This document shows, piece after piece, positions 19,565 to 26,193 of a stretch of 64,000 bases of DNA. The DNA is from Candidatus Poribacteria bacterium (lineage in GTDB: Bacteria; Poribacteria; WGA-4E; WGA-3G), in NCBI GenBank assembly GCA_022826805.1, contig JAJDUH010000062.1, positions 66,060 through 130,059 of the forward strand, written 5' to 3'. The notes beneath the pieces are model-generated. The model saw only the letters and a list, made by a program, of their open reading frames with translations. It had not been told where the DNA came from and did no database searches. The translations under genes were made by a program, and so were the position numbers. Position 1 is the stretch's first letter; every line of letters starts with the position of its first letter.

Positions 19565-20512
19565 ATGACACTTAAAGAACATATTGACGATATACGCGGA
19601 AGTTTAGAAACAGGTCGCTACCCAGATGAGGCAGCAGTTCGTCAAGGCGTTGTGCTTAGGCTGCTTGACGCCCTGGATTGGCCAATATATAGCCCGCAGA
19701 TTGTCTATCCTCAGTACCCGGTCGGGGAAGGGAAAGTAGATTTTGCTCTGTGTCATCCCGAATCAACACCCCTCGTTTTTATTGAGGTCAAACAAATTGG
19801 AAACATCGAAGAGGCGGAACAGCAACTTTTTGAATACGCTTTTCACGAAGGAATTATCCCAATTGCTGTTCTCACGGATGGACAGAAATGGCGTTTTTTT
19901 CACCTGATGGGACTAGAATATTATAGAGAGCTAAAGGTCTGTGAATTAGACTTCATTAAAGGCAACAGTGAGGAAATTGCTGATTGCCTTAACATATACC
20001 TAAACTACCAGTCAATCCGTAAAGGTGAAGCAATTCGTAGAATAAAAAAAGACTATAAGAGAATCTATAAGCAGAAAATTCAGTGGAAACCTGTTCCACC
20101 AATACCGCCAGAACTACATCACGTGATTGTACCTCCTAACGCAGAGGACAACGAAGTTGTTTTCAATAAGACTGCCTGGAAAGTTGCTCACATGAGATGG
20201 TTGGGGGATGAGTGGAGAGGCTCCGTCCCGGAGGGAAATGTCGGAAAGGCAATACAGGTAATCGAATCTTCCTTGGAGAGCATCCAGGGAAGCGATATTT
20301 ACGAGCACTGCGTCAAACATCTTATGCTGACCACTCGTACAGCTGAGGAGTTCAATAAGTGGGTATGCCCACGCTCCGGTTTCTATAAGAAGAATATGCC
20401 AGAGAGGTTCGGTCGTCGCATGAGGTTATCGCCTGAGAGAGTCCAGCAAATGGTAGATGAAATAAAAAAAGAACACAACAGCCCTGCGCAGGGGAGCAAT
20501 AAGAATGCGTAA
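19565..20512 (+). CDS. PD-(D/E)xK nuclease-fold protein (HsdR-N-terminal-like domain) with a different C-terminal half, paralogue B
   Basis: 315 aa. KVDFAL...FIEVKQ, PIAVLTDGQKWRFF. N-terminus MTLKEHIDDIR versus MTLEEHIDDIR in paralogue A. Starts 3 nt after the endonuclease stop. Confidence 0.65.
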   Translation: MTLKEHIDDIRGSLETGRYPDEAAVRQGVVLRLLDALDWPIYSPQIVYPQYPVGEGKVDFALCHPESTPLVFIEVKQIGNIEEAEQQLFEYAFHEGIIPIAVLTDGQKWRFFHLMGLEYYRELKVCELDFIKGNSEEIADCLNIYLNYQSIRKGEAIRRIKKDYKRIYKQKIQWKPVPPIPPELHHVIVPPNAEDNEVVFNKTAWKVAHMRWLGDEWRGSVPEGNVGKAIQVIESSLESIQGSDIYEHCVKHLMLTTRTAEEFNKWVCPRSGFYKKNMPERFGRRMRLSPERVQQMVDEIKKEHNSPAQGSNKNA

Positions 20513-21584
20513 AACAGATATACCCAAACAGAAACAGAGGCCATCCGTTATTGATTGTGATGTTCATAACACCCTCGCTTCTGAGACGGTGTTGTACCCG
20601 TATCTCTCCGAACGTTGGCGCAAGCATCACAGCATGGTAGGAACAACTGATCGCGTCGGGGCATATATTCCGCGTGCGCATCTTTATGGTGCAAGATACG
20701 ACGCGTGGACTCCTTCTGGACACCGTCCTGGATCCGACCTCGACTTCTTACGCGAGCAACTACTGGATGCATTTAACATCGAATACGGTATCCTTAACTG
20801 CCTAACGCCGGTCTGTGAAATGCCGAACCTCGCTTTTGCAGCGGCATGGGCACGAGCCGTGAACGACTGGCAAATCGAAGAGTGGCTTGAAAAAGAACCG
20901 AGACTTCGTGCTTCAATGATTGTGGCATGCGACGATGCAGAGTTTACCACTACTGAGATTAATCGGCTTGCAGGGCATCCGGGATTTGTGCAAATATTGC
21001 TGCTTGCTCGAACAATGGAACCGTTGGGACGACGTAAGTACTGGAAGCTGTACGAAGCGGCGGTGGAGCATGACCTTCCGATCGGGATTCACTTTACGGG
21101 TGTTGGTGCAGGACCGATTACTGCTGTCGGTAGACCTTCGCACTACATCGAAGATCACGCGGGAATGACACAGGCGTTTCAGACGCAGGTAACCAGTCTC
21201 GTTTGCGAAGGTGTTTTTGAACAATTTCCGACGCTGAAGGTCGTGTTAATTGAAGGTGGTTTCGCTTGGCTACCACCCTTGATGTGGCGACTCGATCGAG
21301 CATGGAAAAAACTACGCGGTGAAGTGCCAGACCTGAAACGGCTGCCCTCCGAATATATCCGTGAGCATTTCTGGATTACGACCCAACCGATCGAAGAACC
21401 TCCCAAACAAGAATACTTCGATCAACTTCTCGCGCATCTTAATTTAGACGATAAGCTAATGTTTGCAACCGATTATCCGCACTGGGATTTCGATTCGCCG
21501 GAGCAGGCACTTCCGAAAAGCCTTGCGCCACCTCTCAAACGGAAAATCATGGCAGAAAATGCGCGGGCATTTTATCAGTTCTAA
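20505..21584 (+). CDS. Amidohydrolase_2-type hydrolase, paralogue 2
   Basis: 359 aa. IDCDVHN, GIHFTG, TDYPHWDFD. Collinear with 12007-13131 and about half identical by eye. Confidence 0.7.
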   Translation: MRKTDIPKQKQRPSVIDCDVHNTLASETVLYPYLSERWRKHHSMVGTTDRVGAYIPRAHLYGARYDAWTPSGHRPGSDLDFLREQLLDAFNIEYGILNCLTPVCEMPNLAFAAAWARAVNDWQIEEWLEKEPRLRASMIVACDDAEFTTTEINRLAGHPGFVQILLLARTMEPLGRRKYWKLYEAAVEHDLPIGIHFTGVGAGPITAVGRPSHYIEDHAGMTQAFQTQVTSLVCEGVFEQFPTLKVVLIEGGFAWLPPLMWRLDRAWKKLRGEVPDLKRLPSEYIREHFWITTQPIEEPPKQEYFDQLLAHLNLDDKLMFATDYPHWDFDSPEQALPKSLAPPLKRKIMAENARAFYQF

Positions 21585-21645
21585 CCCGATTACTTTACCA
21601 ATGCTGCCCCTTGGTGGACGGCACAGGGACTGTGCCTACTACCTT

Positions 21646-22461
21646 TTAGATTGTCACGACGTGCGGGACTTCTTCAAACTGCAAACCGTGTGCTGCTGCC
21701 CAATCGGCGATTGCATTCCCATCAGCACCGAGAAATTGCTTGCCGAGGTCATCAAGATTTTCTCTCACCTTCTCTTCAGGTTGCAGTTTGTCATTGTAAT
21801 ATATCAGGTAAGGCTCGGGTTTGAGCCATGCATAATGGTAGCCGTAAATAACCACTTTGGCGACTTTGTCCGTAAAGTTGACACCAGCGGTATGATAGAT
21901 GCGGTTTTCAAAGAAAAATGCGTCACCAGCACGTAGGACCGGCTCATCGTAAGGTTCAATAGGATCGATTTCGCCTTTGGGAATACCCAACGGTTCGCCT
22001 AACTTGTGGCTTTTTGGTACAAACAGTGTCCCGCCTGAATTCGGCACGGTGAAATCCGTCAAGCAGTATCCCACCTTCAAACCGACGCGCGGACAATTCT
22101 TGTACCCAATGTCCAAAAACAGTCCAGCATCCCGATGCCATCCACGGCTCTCCGGTTCCTCAGGCGGTTGTGGATGTTTGTAGATGAGTGCTGTGTTCGT
22201 GATGTGGATGTTTGTGCCGAGCAGTTGGATCACCAATGGAATCGCTTTGGTCTGTGAGGTCAACTCCGCGAAGACAGGTTCCTGCACCAAACCCTCTCGC
22301 TTGTGCGCATAGTAGCCGTCACGCTCAAAAGACGCCATGAGCCTATCCCCTGTTTCTGTCAAACGCTCTATCATGTCCGTGTCAAGTACTGATCGGACGA
22401 TGAAGTATCCATTCCCCTCAAATTCCTCACGCTGCGCGTCTGTTAACTGGACGAATTCCAT
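21646..22461 (-). CDS. PhyH family dioxygenase, paralogue 2
   Basis: 271 aa. MEFVQLTDAQREEF... is collinear with 8326-9174 (MEFVQLTEAQSQEF...), sharing the block LGTNIHITNTALIYKHPQ, and both end in VTI. Confidence 0.75.
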   Translation of the reverse strand: MEFVQLTDAQREEFEGNGYFIVRSVLDTDMIERLTETGDRLMASFERDGYYAHKREGLVQEPVFAELTSQTKAIPLVIQLLGTNIHITNTALIYKHPQPPEEPESRGWHRDAGLFLDIGYKNCPRVGLKVGYCLTDFTVPNSGGTLFVPKSHKLGEPLGIPKGEIDPIEPYDEPVLRAGDAFFFENRIYHTAGVNFTDKVAKVVIYGYHYAWLKPEPYLIYYNDKLQPEEKVRENLDDLGKQFLGADGNAIADWAAAHGLQFEEVPHVVTI

Positions 22462-22559
22462 GTGTCTGCTCCTTTTGGCTTAAGAAATAGGAATACCAAA
22501 TAGAAATCCCCGAATATCCTACCATGAATCGGAATCGCTGTCCATTAATGCCCTTGACT

Positions 22560-22830
22560 GCTTAATGTCATTCAGTTTTTGGCGGTTGGTGGTTGGCAGG
22601 TAGTTGTCTGAACCAAGATCTATGGGATTCAAGGATTAGCAGGATTTGAGGATTTGCTATGTCACATGGCGTGTGCCCATTACCTTTGTCTGAATCGCGG
22701 ATTACACAGATGACGTAAATTTGGGAATCTCTTGTGTGCCCAACGTTTGTGATATGCAGTTGGGTTTCGCTGTGCTCTACCCAACCTACGGACTATTCTG
22801 CCATTGGTAGTTGGTAGTTGAAGGTAGAGC
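22560..22830. repeat. Mosaic of short dispersed repeat modules in a 670-nt gene-free gap
   Basis: ctgaaccaagatctatgggattcaaggatt (22608-) recurs at 49803-49841. Hairpin gttgggtttcgctgtgctctacccaacctac (22759-22789) recurs at 51849-51879. ttggtagttggtagttgaaggtag is a heptamer array. Confidence 0.7.
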
Positions 22831-22999
22831 TTAAGATAATGGGAAGGAAATTAAAACTGAATGTCCGTACCTGATCGGTAGAACAATTGCTGAAGGCATG
22901 GCTTGGCTCATAAAGGTCACTGTGTTACAGAACTGCAGGTGGGTTTACTGACTTTATCTTCCCTTTCACGAAAATATGACGAAAAGCGAAAAAACCAAC

Positions 23000-23029
23000 T
23001 TGACATAACTTAACAAAAATTGATATAAT
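23000..23029 (+). promoter_or_regulatory. Sigma70 promoter with extended -10 upstream of the DUF5131 gene
   Basis: TTGACA (23000-23005), 18-nt spacer ending in TGA, TATAAT (23024-23029). Confidence 0.55.
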
Positions 23030-23133
23030 TAATATAGAGTAATTCACCAAACTTAGGAAAGGATAGTGAGCATGAATAACCCTGGACATAGATTCGGTGG
23101 AAACTGGACTAATTAGGTGTAGGAGGCGAACGA

Positions 23134-23874
23134 ATGGCAAGCCAATCCTCAAAAATTGAATGGACAGAATCCACATGGAATCCAGTGCGTGGTTGTACCC
23201 GTGTATCAGAAGGCTGTCGATTTTGCTACGCTGAACGGATAGCAGCGCGATTTTCAGGTGAAGGCTTGGCTTACGAAGGCTTGGCGGAAAATACCATAGC
23301 AGGTCCGCGATGGACAAAAGAAGTACGTACTGTTCCAAAGTTACTTAACGAACCAATGAAATGGAGAAAGCCGCGCCGAATCTTCGTCAACTCCATGAGC
23401 GACCTGTTTCATGAAAAGATTGAATTGACCTATATTCAAAAAGTCTTTTCTGTGATGGAAAAAGCACACTGGCACCAATTCCAAGTCTTAACAAAGCGGG
23501 CAGATCTACTACTGAAATACAGTCCAAAATTGCTGTGGCCGTCGAACGTCTGGATGGGAGTCAGCGTTGAAGACAATCGCGTCACACATCGGATTGACGC
23601 TCTCAGCCAAACCGACGCCCACATCAAATTTCTCTCACTTGAACCACTACTTGGTGAACTTCCAAATTTAGCATTGGACGAAATAGATTGGGTTATTGTA
23701 GGCGGCGAGTCAGGTCCCGGTGCACGCGAGATAGAAAAAAAATGGGTTATTGATATCCGAGATCAGTGTGAAAGTGCTAAAGTCCCATTTTTCTTCAAAC
23801 AGTGGGGCGGCAGGCGTAAATCGAAAACGGGGAGAGAACTGGATGGACGGTTTTATGACGAAATGCCGGTTTGA
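23134..23874 (+). CDS. DUF5131 (phage Gp37/Gp68 family) three-Cys-motif protein
   Basis: 246 aa. IEWTESTWNPVRGCTRVSEGCRFCYAE N-terminus is the family hallmark. WVIVGGESGPGAR and FFFKQWGG near the C-terminus. Confidence 0.8.
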   Translation: MASQSSKIEWTESTWNPVRGCTRVSEGCRFCYAERIAARFSGEGLAYEGLAENTIAGPRWTKEVRTVPKLLNEPMKWRKPRRIFVNSMSDLFHEKIELTYIQKVFSVMEKAHWHQFQVLTKRADLLLKYSPKLLWPSNVWMGVSVEDNRVTHRIDALSQTDAHIKFLSLEPLLGELPNLALDEIDWVIVGGESGPGAREIEKKWVIDIRDQCESAKVPFFFKQWGGRRKSKTGRELDGRFYDEMPV

Positions 23875-23948
23875 GTAACGCCCAAATTTTACCTTTATAG
23901 GCAAAATTTGTCTTTGCTTTACATTCCCGACATTTCAGTACGTTAATT

Positions 23949-24392
23949 TTAGACTCTCGGCAAATCGTCAGCGAGTAATTCTTCAGAGACAGATTTTTTC
24001 GTAGACTCACGCTCTGGACGCTCAACATGCACATAACGGAACCAATCCTTGAAATCTTCAGCGGGGAAATTTCCGTCATAATCTTCTTTGAACTGCGCGT
24101 GGAAATCTTCCATATAAACGCGCAGGTAAGTACTGGCACGCTCGAGTGCTTTCCAATCAAAGATATTTGAGGGCATTTCAACGACCCCACCCTCAAGCAT
24201 ATTGCGCCGCATCTCCAAGTAGTAAGCGTAACGAGTCCCCATTATCAGATCAACCAGTCTGTCAAAAAGTTTTGCGGGGATCTCAGCGAGTCTTCCCTTT
24301 AAAAATTGACGCCGAACTCCCATCTCTCTTTCCAGATCTCGATTGAGCATAAATCCGATGACCATATCAAAAATTTTGTCTACCATTTTCAT
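23949..24392 (-). CDS. Hypothetical protein (acidic, Trp/Phe-rich)
   Basis: 147-aa ORF convergent with the DUF5131 gene. No family recognised. Coding status is inferred from length and an AT-rich upstream region only. Confidence 0.45.
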   Translation of the reverse strand: MKMVDKIFDMVIGFMLNRDLEREMGVRRQFLKGRLAEIPAKLFDRLVDLIMGTRYAYYLEMRRNMLEGGVVEMPSNIFDWKALERASTYLRVYMEDFHAQFKEDYDGNFPAEDFKDWFRYVHVERPERESTKKSVSEELLADDLPRV

Positions 24393-24754
24393 TCGCTTTC
24401 ATTTATCCTTTACTTGATAATAATTTACAAATATAACATCCCATTAGGGAGCCGATTCGCGTGAATTCCTATTGTTGTGGACACCAATTTTAACATTAAT
24501 GTGCAAACACGTCAAGATCAAAATTAGATCGCATTTACTTTTCCTTGTAACACTATCAATATACCGAAGAATATTATAGTAGAATAATTAAAATGGCGTT
24601 AATTTAGAATACTTGTCAGAAAAAAATTGATTAAATGGATATCTTTCTGTTCATTACGTATAAATTGGGATGAAAGGGAAGGAAATTGCTCGTGCCACGG
24701 TATCAAGAAAGTGTATCACATTTAGAACCGTTAGCAAGGAAAAATTTGATTAAC

Positions 24755-24940
24755 TTACAGCCTAGGAATTCTTAAATCTTTACAGATGTCCCTGGCTAAC
24801 CGATTGTTAATTTCAGTATGCCTCGGTACGACAGTCTTGACATTTAATTCCAAATTGCCCCACACCGAATGATTACCGCCCTCCCGAACTAAATAACATC
24901 CGTGCTTTTTAAGGTGTCGAATTAAGGCACGTCGTTTCAT
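24755..24940 (-). CDS. hicA: HicA mRNA-interferase toxin
   Basis: 61 aa. LIRHLKKHGCYLVREGGNHSVW...VPRHTEI....RDICKDLRI matches the YcfA/HicA pattern. ATGA overlap with hicB. Confidence 0.85.
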   Translation of the reverse strand: MKRRALIRHLKKHGCYLVREGGNHSVWGNLELNVKTVVPRHTEINNRLARDICKDLRIPRL

Positions 24941-25149
24941 ATTGAGATAGAGACAGCCTCATATCCACTTTTAATACGACGACTTGCTTCCTGTCGATTG
25001 AGTTCTAAAATATCTTTAAGTGCACTTCTGATGCTAACCAGCAATTGGTCTTTAGTTCGTTCCTGGCAATTGATACCGGAGATCTCTTGTACGCTGCCAA
25101 TCCACCACCCATCAGCGTACTGAATAAGTGCAGTATAGGTTTGTGCCAT
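24937..25149 (-). CDS. hicB: HicB-family antitoxin (short, UPF0150-like)
   Basis: 70 aa. YTALIQYADGWWIGSVQEISGINCQERT is typical of the HicB N-terminal fold. AAGGAG RBS present. Confidence 0.75.
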   Translation of the reverse strand: MAQTYTALIQYADGWWIGSVQEISGINCQERTKDQLLVSIRSALKDILELNRQEASRRIKSGYEAVSISI

Positions 25150-25162
25150 CTGTTTTCTCCTT

Positions 25163-25208
25163 TAAGATAATGCAGTAAGTATAGCTAAGATAATGCAGTA
25201 AGTATAGC
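25163..25208. repeat. Perfect 23-bp tandem duplication directly upstream of the hicB RBS
   Basis: taagataatgcagtaagtatagc at 25163-25185 and again at 25186-25208, identical at every position. Confidence 0.95.
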
Positions 25209-25427
25209 ATAAATTTCTGAACAAATCAACTCTAAAATATGTAGGCACTAGGACAATTCAGTTTTTGAATTTTTAACGGGTTTGGTTAGAAAGTCACGAG
25301 TCAGAGGAGAACTTGACAAACTTGTCCGCCAGGGCATGTTTATTTGTTTTTAGAATCCACCATAAACGCCACTGGCATACTCTGAATTTCGATTGCATTC
25401 CAACCGAAATTCTGTTATATTTATACT

Positions 25428-26165
25428 ATGCTTATATTTTATCTGGCAATTGCGGTGTTAACGGTTCCACTCGGTGCTGGAATCGCTTTTGTATCTCAGG
25501 TGGAGCAAAGGCATTTTGGAAACATTTTTGGATTGACCGCTGGTGCAGTACTTGGTGTCGTCTTAGTGATGATGATGCACCTTTATACCGAGGCAGGATA
25601 TGTCACAATCCTTGTGATGTGGGGTGGATTCTTCCTAATTTCAGCGATGGAACGTCTCACAACACACCGACGTGATGAAACTGAGAGAAACATCGATAGC
25701 AGATGGGGTGTAAACTTAACGGTACTCGGTTTGTCATTCCATTCGCTTGCAGATGGTCTCAATTTGGTCATCGCAGCGAAAGAAGAGCTCCTTGGTGGTG
25801 CCCTTGCATTTGGTATATTAATCCACCGCTTGCCAGTGGGGACACTCATCACCGTCGCGCTTCTCCGAAATCAGACTTTTGCGAAGGCATTGGTGCGACT
25901 GACCCCCCTGATAGTTGGCCCGGTTGTTGGGGCGTTGCTCGGGGAACAACTGTTTCGTGGGGCCTTCCAGGAATTGACCCACTACCTAACAGCATTCGCT
26001 GTGGGAACACTCTTGCACGTTGTAATGGATGGGTTTCGTGGGAATTATACCCTCGAAAGTGCCGGTTTGAGTCGCATTGCGAAAACCTTATTTGTCATCG
26101 GCTTCGTCCTGACCTTTTGCGCGATCTACTTTTTACAGGGGTTTGAAGGTGGAGATGTTCATTAA
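25428..26165 (+). CDS. ZIP family divalent-metal transporter
   Basis: 245 aa, polytopic. HSLADGLNL and GILIHRLPVG motifs in the two conserved ZIP helices. Confidence 0.75.
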   Translation: MLIFYLAIAVLTVPLGAGIAFVSQVEQRHFGNIFGLTAGAVLGVVLVMMMHLYTEAGYVTILVMWGGFFLISAMERLTTHRRDETERNIDSRWGVNLTVLGLSFHSLADGLNLVIAAKEELLGGALAFGILIHRLPVGTLITVALLRNQTFAKALVRLTPLIVGPVVGALLGEQLFRGAFQELTHYLTAFAVGTLLHVVMDGFRGNYTLESAGLSRIAKTLFVIGFVLTFCAIYFLQGFEGGDVH

Positions 26166-26193
26166 AACGCGCTAACTAAGGATAAAAAGTCTG

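Noticed and set aside
25384-25427. Possible Zur/metal-regulator box upstream of the ZIP transporter (inverted repeat gaatttcg...cgaaattc and tgttatatttatact)
   Set aside because: It only weakly resembles the Zur palindrome as I remember it. The half-sites are not symmetric, so it is too weak to call.
25313-25675. 120-aa ORF overlapping the start of the ZIP transporter gene
   Set aside because: It is in a different frame over a polytopic transporter gene, has a Cys/Trp/His-rich translation, and lacks an RBS.
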